Below, piece by piece: positions 15,802 through 23,787 of a stretch of DNA of 56,110 bases; the first letter of the stretch is position 1; each line of letters opens with the position of its first letter. The notes beneath the pieces were generated by a model. The model was not told the origin of the DNA. It saw only the letters and a list, made by a program, of their open reading frames with translations, and did no database searches. The stretch comes from a virus (lineage: Duplodnaviria > Caudoviricetes). The stretch covers positions 1 through 56,110 of IMG/VR virus record IMGVR_UViG_3300047550_002572, one strand, 5' to 3'. Both the position numbers and the translations under genes were made by a program.

Positions 15802-16819
15802 TGTTCACATTTCCGACCGATTGGTGAATGGCCGATCTCGGCTGGAGGTGGGCGAGCGCCTGCTGATGGACATTGGCGCCCTCGCCGCCCATCACAAGGT
15901 CGGCCACGTCTTCATCAACGGCGACCTGTGGGACAAGAAACAAGGAACTCCTCGAGGCGTGTTGCGGGTGATCTACCGATGCCTGCGCCACATGAAGTTT
16001 AAACTGGGGCTGAAGGTTCACTGGCTGCGCGGCAATCACGAAACGCCTGACAACAGCGACCCCACCGATACCATGATGTCGCTGTTCAGCGAGGTGGCCC
16101 ACGTTGTGGTTCGACCTGCTGTGTTCGACCTGCCAGACTGCAGGTTTTTTCTCCTTCCATGGTACCCCGCACCAGCCTTCATCAAACATGCCCAAGACCT
16201 CGCAACGAAGGCTCGAGGCAAGCGGGACAAGCGGCAGATTCTGTTCGCGCATGTCGGGCTCAGGGAAGGAAGGATTTCCCCCTCTAATATCCAACTTCCC
16301 CAGAGGGTGTCGGTGACTCACTTGTACCCCGACTTCTACGATGCCGTGCTTCTGGGCGACTATCACAGCCACCAGATGCTGACCGACAACGTGATGTACA
16401 TGGGAGCCCCCATTCCTCATCTGTTCGGGGACGAAGGGTTCTCGGAGGGGCCTTGGCTGGTGGACACCGACACCATGAACATGGAAACGCTGGGGCTCCC
16501 ACACGGCTACCCCAAGTTCAGGAAGTGGACGCTGACCAGCGCGGAAGCGGTGACGATTCCAGGCTACGACGTGGCCGACTACAACCGGATCTACGCTCCG
16601 GTGACATCGCACCAAGTGCTACGGGCGATGTACGCAGGAGCGGACCTGCGCCCGCTATCGGTCGAGCCGGTGCTCGACATGAGCCAGAGCCGAATTAGCG
16701 CGGAGGACGTGCAGTCTCCCGAGAAGCTGGTAGATCGGTTCCTGGCCCTTCGAGGGAAGGGCGGGGACGAGGGGAAAGCCCTGCGGGAAACCGCACTCGA
16801 ACTGATACGAGAGGTATAG
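15779..16819 (+). CDS. SbcD/Mre11 (gp47-like) metallophosphoesterase nuclease
   Basis: GDVH, NGDLWD, GNHE, AH, LGDYH motifs. Confidence 0.9.
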   Translation: MRFIATGDVHISDRLVNGRSRLEVGERLLMDIGALAAHHKVGHVFINGDLWDKKQGTPRGVLRVIYRCLRHMKFKLGLKVHWLRGNHETPDNSDPTDTMMSLFSEVAHVVVRPAVFDLPDCRFFLLPWYPAPAFIKHAQDLATKARGKRDKRQILFAHVGLREGRISPSNIQLPQRVSVTHLYPDFYDAVLLGDYHSHQMLTDNVMYMGAPIPHLFGDEGFSEGPWLVDTDTMNMETLGLPHGYPKFRKWTLTSAEAVTIPGYDVADYNRIYAPVTSHQVLRAMYAGADLRPLSVEPVLDMSQSRISAEDVQSPEKLVDRFLALRGKGGDEGKALRETALELIREV

Positions 16820-16822
16820 ACT

Positions 16823-18046
16823 TTGTGGATCCTTCCTCCTTCACTGTCATGTCGCTTTGTGCCGGAATCGGAGGGCTCGACCTCGGACTCCGACTCGCTG
16901 TTCCCTCTGCTCGAACAGTATGTGTGGTGGAGAGGGAAGCCTTCGCCATCGCGCACCTGGTCCAAAAGATGGAAAACGGTCACTTGGACCCAGCACCTAT
17001 CTGGACGGACCTTACTCGGTTCGACGGCAAAGCGTGGCGTGGCGTCGTGGATTGCATCATTGGTGGCTACCCGTGCCAGCCATTCTCGGTTGCGGGAAGA
17101 CGAGCTGGAACCGACGATCCAAGACATCTGTTCCCACACATTGCCCGCATCATTGCAGAGGTGCAACCTGCCGTGGTGTTCTTCGAGAACGTCGATGCCC
17201 ACCTTACCCTTGGATTTGAAGAAGTCGGAGAGCGACTTCAAGAACTGGGTTACATCGTTACGGCAGGCGTATTCTCAGCGTCAGAAGTGGGCGCTCCGCA
17301 TCGTCGAAAACGGTTGTTCATCCTGGCCCATCGCTACGGCAATGGATTCGGTAGGGAGTCGATCACAAGAATACCCAACTATCAGCGGACGACACAAAGG
17401 AACGACGCTGACCGACGCGATCCAGCAATGGCGTACTCCGAGCGCATCAGACGGCGAGGGTGGAGTGATGGAGATGCGCGCGGGGGCGGACGGCAAGTAC
17501 AAGCTACGCGACCACGCGGTGAACGAGACGAGGAAATGGTTGACGCCATCGTGCAGGGATTGGCGGGACGGTCGGGCTTCGGAGGAGACAATGAGTCACA
17601 ACAGCAGACCTCTGAACGAGGTGGCAGTTCATTCGGTTCGCACACAACCTTTGGCGGGGGAGACGCTTTCCGACATCGCGGTGGTGAAGATGGACGAGTG
17701 GCAAACCCCGGCGTCCTTTCAGGGCAGGACCAGGCGGCAGGGGGCGACGAGGGAGCAGCGCCAGGCCAGCCAGGTGGAGGCCATGCTCCCGCTGCAAGCG
17801 GAGAAGATCGCGCTTTCTCTTTGTTCCCCCCAGCACCAGACGACATCGACCGATGGCAAGAAACCGACAAAGAGCTCTGGCCTGCAACTCAATCCGATGT
17901 TCGTGGAGTGGTTGATGGGAATGCCTCACGGGTGGACCGACTGCGAGCACTTGGAAACGGAGTCGTTCCGCTTGTGGCAGCAGTCGCATTCCGAACTCTT
18001 GCAAAGGACCTTAGATTGCTATGAATCTAACGCATCTCGCCCTTAG
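16823..18046 (+). CDS. Overlapping-frame partner of the C5 methyltransferase (TRD repeats plus motif IX; beta-like)
   Basis: Open for 407 codons over the same DNA; four W.(T)P-type repeats and LNPMFVEWLMGMPHGWT. Confidence 0.65.
   Translation: MWILPPSLSCRFVPESEGSTSDSDSLFPLLEQYVWWRGKPSPSRTWSKRWKTVTWTQHLSGRTLLGSTAKRGVASWIASLVATRASHSRLREDELEPTIQDICSHTLPASLQRCNLPWCSSRTSMPTLPLDLKKSESDFKNWVTSLRQAYSQRQKWALRIVENGCSSWPIATAMDSVGSRSQEYPTISGRHKGTTLTDAIQQWRTPSASDGEGGVMEMRAGADGKYKLRDHAVNETRKWLTPSCRDWRDGRASEETMSHNSRPLNEVAVHSVRTQPLAGETLSDIAVVKMDEWQTPASFQGRTRRQGATREQRQASQVEAMLPLQAEKIALSLCSPQHQTTSTDGKKPTKSSGLQLNPMFVEWLMGMPHGWTDCEHLETESFRLWQQSHSELLQRTLDCYESNASRP
16825..18024 (+). CDS. DNA cytosine-5 methyltransferase, catalytic (alpha-like) frame
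   Basis: Motif I SLCAGIGG, IV GYPCQPFS, VI FENV, VIII PHRRKRLF, X RLRALGNGV. Confidence 0.9.
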   Translation: MDPSSFTVMSLCAGIGGLDLGLRLAVPSARTVCVVEREAFAIAHLVQKMENGHLDPAPIWTDLTRFDGKAWRGVVDCIIGGYPCQPFSVAGRRAGTDDPRHLFPHIARIIAEVQPAVVFFENVDAHLTLGFEEVGERLQELGYIVTAGVFSASEVGAPHRRKRLFILAHRYGNGFGRESITRIPNYQRTTQRNDADRRDPAMAYSERIRRRGWSDGDARGGGRQVQATRPRGERDEEMVDAIVQGLAGRSGFGGDNESQQQTSERGGSSFGSHTTFGGGDAFRHRGGEDGRVANPGVLSGQDQAAGGDEGAAPGQPGGGHAPAASGEDRAFSLFPPAPDDIDRWQETDKELWPATQSDVRGVVDGNASRVDRLRALGNGVVPLVAAVAFRTLAKDLRLL

Positions 18047-19757
18047 CGGGTTCAGGTCGTTCAAGCACAAGCACGAAGTTGCTTTTGACAAGGGCGCCGT
18101 GTTCGTGCTGGGACGAAACCATGACGACCCTGCGTTCGACTCCAACGGGGGCGGCAAGACCACCCTCTGCGCGGCCATCCCGTGGGCGTTGTACGGCCAG
18201 CTCTCCACCGCCGCGCAGAAGGACCAGATCATTCATCGCGAAGTGGACAAAGCCTCTGTCGAGCTGCGGTTCGGAGAAGAACTGATGGTGCGTCGGTCCA
18301 AAGAGCGCGGCCATCCCGAGGTGTTGTCGTTCTGGTACGAAGGAAGGTGGCACGAAGGAGACCTCGCGGCTACCCAAGAGAAACTCGTGCGCGTCATCGG
18401 CGTGTCTAGCTCGCTATTCTTCAACAGCCTTTGGATCGACGCGCAGAGCAAGGCGGTTCAGTTTTTGTGGGCAACACCAGGCAAGCGGTTGGAGATCCTT
18501 GAAGAGCTGATGTCGGACGGGATCTACACTGTTGCCCGTTCGAAGGCCGAAGAAAAGCGCAAAGCTCTAGAGCACAAGAAGGCGATGGCAAAGGGAAAGA
18601 TCGAGGCGTTCGTCGCTGCCGAGGAGCGAGAGCGCCAAGCCATCAACCGAGCGAAGGCTGAGATGGCCCAAGCGGTTACCGCTCGAACCACCCGCGTCGC
18701 CAAGCAGAATCAACGCCAAGTAGACCTTCGCGTGGAGATTGGGCGCTTGCAGGCCGAAGTCGATAGTTTGGAAGTGCAGGATACCCCCGACGCTATCACC
18801 GCCCAAATTCAACGATTCGAGTATGAGCTGAGTCAGATCGAGCAGCAGGGCAACGCAATACCTCTGCCGCCTACACTGCCCGAGGCCGGTACGACTTGTC
18901 CAACCTGCCTGCAGGGCATCCCCGCAGAGCACGTTCACGCCATTCATCGGAAAGCCGAGGACGGCATCAAGAAACGTAAAGAGCTGCGCGAGGCGGCAGA
19001 CCGCGCTCGAGAGCAACGGGACAAAGCCAAGCAACGGCTACGCGAGTTTGCGTCTACGTCGGCCCAGCGCAACAGCGTGGAACGCCTGTTGCGAGATCGG
19101 CAGCGGGAGCTGTCAGACTTGGCGCAGACACCCACGAACGACCCCTACATAGATTCGCTGCAGCAGACCATCGAGGCGGCGAAAGACGCCCTCGACGGGC
19201 TGCAGCGCAACATCCAGCAGCACGAGCAGATCATGCACGAGTGCGCCCAGAAGATCCCGCTCTACAAGTTCTGGGAGACGGGGTTTGGCGCTCGAGGGAT
19301 TCGCTCGCTCCTGCTCGACGACGTGCGGGCCATTCTGGCGTACCACACCGAGGTGTACGCAGCCGCACTGGCAGGTGAACAGATCCGCATCGAGTTTCCT
19401 GCGGGGGACAAAGGGTTCGAGATCCTGCTGCACACCCCCGCAGGCACCGCCGAGCTCAACACGTTCAGCCGCGGGGAATCTTGGCGGGCCAATCTTGGAG
19501 TGCTTTTGGCGTTGCGGAAGACGGTGGCACATCTGAGCGCGACACGGCTGTCGTTGCTTGTGCTCGACGACCCCTGCGGGGACCTCGACGACAGCGGAGT
19601 TCGCGCAGTCGTGAACACTGTACAGGCGCTTGCGTCTGAGTTCGGGACAGTGCTGGTGACGTTGCCGCGGCACGTTGACAACGTGAGTGACGATGATATT
19701 ATTCGAGTAGAAAAACGACAGGGCGTAAGCACCCTCGTCGTGACAGAGGAGGTCTGA
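18021..19757 (+). CDS. SbcC/Rad50 (gp46-like) SMC ATPase
   Basis: GFRSF, G.N....SNGGGKT, coiled coil with CPTC Zn hook, FSRGE signature, LLVLDDP. Confidence 0.92.
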   Translation: MNLTHLALSGFRSFKHKHEVAFDKGAVFVLGRNHDDPAFDSNGGGKTTLCAAIPWALYGQLSTAAQKDQIIHREVDKASVELRFGEELMVRRSKERGHPEVLSFWYEGRWHEGDLAATQEKLVRVIGVSSSLFFNSLWIDAQSKAVQFLWATPGKRLEILEELMSDGIYTVARSKAEEKRKALEHKKAMAKGKIEAFVAAEERERQAINRAKAEMAQAVTARTTRVAKQNQRQVDLRVEIGRLQAEVDSLEVQDTPDAITAQIQRFEYELSQIEQQGNAIPLPPTLPEAGTTCPTCLQGIPAEHVHAIHRKAEDGIKKRKELREAADRAREQRDKAKQRLREFASTSAQRNSVERLLRDRQRELSDLAQTPTNDPYIDSLQQTIEAAKDALDGLQRNIQQHEQIMHECAQKIPLYKFWETGFGARGIRSLLLDDVRAILAYHTEVYAAALAGEQIRIEFPAGDKGFEILLHTPAGTAELNTFSRGESWRANLGVLLALRKTVAHLSATRLSLLVLDDPCGDLDDSGVRAVVNTVQALASEFGTVLVTLPRHVDNVSDDDIIRVEKRQGVSTLVVTEEV

Positions 19758-19758
19758 A

Positions 19759-20832
19759 ATGCCGGTATATACCAGCTTGGATATCTTGCTTGCAAAAGCG
19801 GCATACCCTATAGCCGCAGGGACGGCAATCAGCCGCTTCAACAACATGGAAGTACAGGTCCCCGACGCCAATATGTCGTTGGGAGGGACCAACAGCAAGA
19901 ACAGGCTCATCCCAGACCAGTATTTGCCTATCTTCCAGGACAGCCCCAGCGACTTGGTGCCTGGGCCAAACGCAGGGACCACTGCAGGTGGGAACGGGGT
20001 GGCTGCGTATCGTTTGTTCCGAGACATCTCTGCAACTGAAGCGGCGGCTGGAGTTACAATCTACCGTGGGATTTTTCTGCAAGTCAACACGACAGACCAG
20101 AGCAGCGTTACGCTCGACGTGTACTCCAACGGCCCCAGCGTCGGAACAATTCAGCTTGGAACAGAAGCTCTCAGCACTGGAGTTTTGGGGGACAAATACG
20201 TTCAGCGAATTGCGACTGAATCGACGGCTCCAAGTACCGTTGTGTTTGGTAGTTACACGTCCAGCGCCAGCACATTGTCGCTTGGCACCGTCGCAAGCGG
20301 GGGGTATGCGTTTTTGTGGTTGAAGCTGACGCTTGGCGCAGGGGCTTCGGCAAAAGCCTACGACAACTTCTCTTTGGTGTTTCGCACAAGCGGTTCTTCT
20401 TTTTCCAACCCTGTCTTCTTTCACACTGTAGGCGCAGGAATCACCAGCGCATCGGTGAGCGGGCTTCTTGATGGAATGATTGTGCAGCACCCGTTCGGCG
20501 AAACGTATACCATCTCGACGACGAACAGCAGCGGAACCGCAACAGACCCGCCAAGCAACCTAGTCATGGTATACACTGCAAGCAGTTTCAGCAGCCCAAT
20601 GTACCAGGATCGCACGTTGCCTCAGATCGACAGCATCGCCAATGCAGATTCGGCAAAGGTGGCAGGGCTGCTGAACCCTTCTGCCAGTGTTGTCGGACAG
20701 GCGATCAAGACCGCGACAGGAGTCTACCAGTACAGGTTCAAGCCCCCCGTCCCTGGGTACTACTATTTGACCTTCGACTGTGGAGGGGAAGTGCAGACTA
20801 CTCGAGGCGTCGAGGTCACGCCCGTCGCATGA
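19759..20832 (+). CDS. Ser/Thr/Gly-rich beta-strand protein, probably virion-associated
   Basis: SLGG...LFRDISATEAAAG..IYR; Ig-like C-terminus GVYQYRFKP..PGYY. Confidence 0.7.
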   Translation: MPVYTSLDILLAKAAYPIAAGTAISRFNNMEVQVPDANMSLGGTNSKNRLIPDQYLPIFQDSPSDLVPGPNAGTTAGGNGVAAYRLFRDISATEAAAGVTIYRGIFLQVNTTDQSSVTLDVYSNGPSVGTIQLGTEALSTGVLGDKYVQRIATESTAPSTVVFGSYTSSASTLSLGTVASGGYAFLWLKLTLGAGASAKAYDNFSLVFRTSGSSFSNPVFFHTVGAGITSASVSGLLDGMIVQHPFGETYTISTTNSSGTATDPPSNLVMVYTASSFSSPMYQDRTLPQIDSIANADSAKVAGLLNPSASVVGQAIKTATGVYQYRFKPPVPGYYYLTFDCGGEVQTTRGVEVTPVA

Positions 20833-21275
20833 GATTTATGATCTTCGTACCAGGCCGACCCAAAGGCAAACAACGAGCTCGCGCTGCGGTAGGCAAGAAC
20901 GGCAAGGCGTTCATGTACACGCCTAAAGATACCATCAACACTGAAGCCACCATTCGAGCACAAGCCATGACGTGGATGGCCCAGAACGGTATTCCGACTC
21001 CGCACGAAGGGCCAGTTCGTATTCTGGTGCGGAATCTATACGCTCGCCCCAAAGAGTTTTGGGACGGGAAAGAGCCTATGGGCGGGCATGGGGACGTAGA
21101 CAACTTGATGAAGGTCGCCATGGACGCGCTGAACAAGGTGCTGTTCAAAGACGACGCTCAAATCATAAAAGGGGTCGCCGACAAAGCCTACCATGACAGA
21201 CCTGGTATGTTGATTATCGCAGAGCTTCTCCCCCTCGTCGAGAAACCCAAGAGAAAGAAGAAAAAAGATGGCTAA
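20829..21275 (+). CDS. rusA: RusA-family Holliday junction resolvase
   Basis: VPGRPKGKQRAR, YTP, DVDNLMK..MDALN...FKDDAQI. Confidence 0.9.
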   Translation: MRFMIFVPGRPKGKQRARAAVGKNGKAFMYTPKDTINTEATIRAQAMTWMAQNGIPTPHEGPVRILVRNLYARPKEFWDGKEPMGGHGDVDNLMKVAMDALNKVLFKDDAQIIKGVADKAYHDRPGMLIIAELLPLVEKPKRKKKKDG

Positions 21276-21444
21276 GGCCGGACGACCCAGTGTGTACAAA
21301 GACCGCGCTAAAAGCGTAAACCTGTACCTCACCGAGAGCAACTTGGAGTATCTCGAGCGCAAAGCAAAAGAGAAGGGCCTAGCTTCCGCATCGGCCCTTC
21401 TCAATCAGATTCTGCTCGCACTCCGCAAGCGAGAAGCGAGCTGA
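21268..21444 (+). CDS. 58-aa RHH-like DNA-binding protein, not in the ORF track
   Basis: MAKAGRPSVYKDRAKSVNLYLTESNLEYLERKAKEKGLASASALLNQIL. Confidence 0.7.
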   Translation: MAKAGRPSVYKDRAKSVNLYLTESNLEYLERKAKEKGLASASALLNQILLALRKREAS

Positions 21445-21445
21445 C

Positions 21446-21748
21446 CTAATCGCCTACAGTCTTCCCGTTCATCCAACGCCGAATCGCTTCTCTGGTCTCT
21501 GACAGCAGTTGCGTATGGTTCAGAAACGTCGATAGCGTCTCGTGGTGCCGATGTTCGGCTCGGTCTATAGACTCTTTTACGGCTTTCTCGACAGACAGAA
21601 GGGCAGACACTTGCTCTTTGCTGTTGCATTGCAACGTATCGATCAGCCGATTGATCAAGCGGAACCCCAGCCCAATGCCGACAAGCAGCACCAGAATGAA
21701 GCCGCCTAACACTCCATGGTCAAGGTAGGGAGCTGGGTTTAGAAACAT
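21446..21748 (-). CDS. Holin-like membrane protein (one TM plus coiled coil)
   Basis: GVLGGFILVLLVGIGLGF; last gene of the late arm. Confidence 0.55.
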   Translation of the reverse strand: MFLNPAPYLDHGVLGGFILVLLVGIGLGFRLINRLIDTLQCNSKEQVSALLSVEKAVKESIDRAEHRHHETLSTFLNHTQLLSETREAIRRWMNGKTVGD

Positions 21749-21932
21749 CTTTAGTTGCGGGTCTTGCGTCCGCAGCAAAGTGAAGTCCTGTTCCCCCCGC
21801 CAGCGCCGCCACCAATGTGGCAACATGCACAGAATTCCAATCACGCCAGACGGGAACAGGGGGGAGTGACGCCACCACTCCCGCCAGCGTGAACAGAATG
21901 CCTGCAAACGTAGTTTTACGGTCGTTCATCAC
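21720..21932 (-). CDS. Small holin-like protein (two TM)
   Basis: KTTFAGIL...GTGLHFAADA. Confidence 0.6.
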   Translation of the reverse strand: MMNDRKTTFAGILFTLAGVVASLPPVPVWRDWNSVHVATLVAALAGGTGLHFAADARPATKDVSKPSSLP

Positions 21933-22291
21933 AGGATGCGAAACGACGTTCCGTCGTAAACGAGAACGTACACCGTTCCGTTGACGAACTCACCGCCCGC
22001 TAGAGCTGCATTGGCATTGGTAACAATAGCTTTCGCTCCAATACCGTTGATGTCTAGAGTGCTGGCTGCGTCATTGGTGGTCGCTCCGCTTTTGAACACC
22101 AGAAACGTGCCTTTGGTAAGAGAGCCCATGGGGCTGGTCGTGGTTCCGGTATAGGCGTTCTTTGCGCCCGCGCCTTCAACGTACACCGTGTTGGCGAGGT
22201 TAGCCGCAGAAGCGGCACCTAGATCGGTACCATAGGTGTTGGTAGTCGCCTTGCTTGTGCGCCCAGGCTGGGCGAAGCGCGTGACGCCCAT
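21929..22291 (-). CDS. Tail fibre-associated structural protein
   Basis: TN..ASTL.ING.GAKAI...L..GE....Y.LVYDGT.F fibre module. Confidence 0.7.
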   Translation of the reverse strand: MGVTRFAQPGRTSKATTNTYGTDLGAASAANLANTVYVEGAGAKNAYTGTTTSPMGSLTKGTFLVFKSGATTNDAASTLDINGIGAKAIVTNANAALAGGEFVNGTVYVLVYDGTSFRIL

Positions 22292-22674
22292 CAGCGTTCG
22301 ACCTCGTAGTTCACGTCGATGCTGACGCGGTTGTCCACCGACGCGAGAGCGGCGAGGATCTGCCCGTTCGTCAGGAACATGTCCTTCAGGTCGAGGATCA
22401 CGGTCTCGTTAGCGGCGAGAGCCAGTGCGGTGAACAGGTTGTTCACGGCGCTGTTGCCCAAAGTCGTCGCATACTTGCGGAGCGTCACCGTGGTGGCGTT
22501 GCCGCTGCGCTCGCACAGCACGATGTTGAGGATCTTGTACCGGCCTCCCGAAGGGGCAGTCAAGATCGCCGTCTCGGCGTTGGTGACAGACGTGGGAGCC
22601 GACAGGCTCTTTCCGGTCCAGTTGGGGAGCTGACGGGTGTTGCTACCCGCAGCAGACTGACCACTTGTAGGCAT
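22291..22674 (-). CDS. Small virion structural protein
   Basis: Beta-rich; LAANETVI....L..G..L.A pattern. Confidence 0.65.
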   Translation of the reverse strand: MPTSGQSAAGSNTRQLPNWTGKSLSAPTSVTNAETAILTAPSGGRYKILNIVLCERSGNATTVTLRKYATTLGNSAVNNLFTALALAANETVILDLKDMFLTNGQILAALASVDNRVSIDVNYEVER

Positions 22675-22701
22675 GGGTACTTTCCTCCTCTGTTTTTGGG
22701 G

Positions 22702-23334
22702 TTAGGCCGTTCTGACCAACCAGATGTAATGAATGATTGCATAGTAGCCTGTGCTACCGGCGTTCTTTGTTGCCATCTTCAGGTTCAAGACCTTCTTGCC
22801 GGAAGAAGCAACAACGATTCCTGTATATGCGTCGGTGTTGCCCGTCGTGTTCGAAGGACTGGAATAACAATCCGTAGTGCCCAGTGTGGTTCCGTCCAAA
22901 CTGGTCGTGATGATACCGGCGTTGCCGAACTTGCTGTACAGCAACCGAACGTCCCAGGTTCCTGCCCCAAGAACGACATTGAAAGACACCTCGTCGTTCT
23001 GCGCCCCGCTGTTGAACAGCCCTGCGTTGAGGGGGAACCGGCCACCTGTGCCAGATGCCGCACCCATGGCCTGCGGGGCCGTGGCGTCGTTGCTCATGTA
23101 AATGTCGTGGAAGTTGACGTCTGAGAACGACGCATACATCGGGTTGATCTCTACGATCCACGGGTAAACGATTGCCGAGTCGATATAGCCCTTCGTAGCG
23201 GCGTCTGTGCTGGCAGAAGGAGTGGCAAGATTTGTAAGCTTGTGCGACCCCATCGAGAGATCGGTCGTTGCTGGGAAAGACGTACCGCCCCCACCCCCGC
23301 CGTCTCGGGTAGCGCCGTCTGTAACGATAGCCAT
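22702..23334 (-). CDS. Tail fibre/spike protein with carbohydrate-binding-like C-domain
   Basis: L.MGSHKLTNLATP...TDAATKGYID fibre neck motif. Confidence 0.75.
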   Translation of the reverse strand: MAIVTDGATRDGGGGGGTSFPATTDLSMGSHKLTNLATPSASTDAATKGYIDSAIVYPWIVEINPMYASFSDVNFHDIYMSNDATAPQAMGAASGTGGRFPLNAGLFNSGAQNDEVSFNVVLGAGTWDVRLLYSKFGNAGIITTSLDGTTLGTTDCYSSPSNTTGNTDAYTGIVVASSGKKVLNLKMATKNAGSTGYYAIIHYIWLVRTA

Positions 23335-23753
23335 TACATGCTCCTCAGATACACGGCAGCGTTCAGTGCCGTAGTGTCTGCGCCCGACGCATTGTTAATC
23401 GTCACTCGAGCGTATTGGCCGATGATTTCAACGCTGAAGGCCCCACCAGCACCTGCTACGGCAGAAGCGGGGATAGCCACCGACGTGCTGTAGTCGAGCG
23501 TGGTGGTGTTGTCCCCCTGATATACCTTCAGCGTGAGCGCAGCGTCGGAGCGAGCGTGCCCCGTGATACGGCTGAACCCGTTTGTGGAAAAGTTGCCACT
23601 GGCGTCGGTCTTTGCGGAGTCCACGACATTGACTGTCGTCGCGTTGGCGATGTTCGCCGTTCTTGTCGCAATCAAGACCTGAGCAGGCACTACAGCGCGG
23701 ATGAACTGGTCCTGCCACGCGCCGTTGCGCTTCAAAAAGCCAAAGTTCGCCAT
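23334..23753 (-). CDS. Virion structural protein
   Basis: SD GGAGG; Ala/Thr/Asn beta-rich. Confidence 0.65.
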   Translation of the reverse strand: MANFGFLKRNGAWQDQFIRAVVPAQVLIATRTANIANATTVNVVDSAKTDASGNFSTNGFSRITGHARSDAALTLKVYQGDNTTTLDYSTSVAIPASAVAGAGGAFSVEIIGQYARVTINNASGADTTALNAAVYLRSM

Positions 23754-23787
23754 CGTCTATCCTCCTTCTGGCCTGTACCAGTATATA

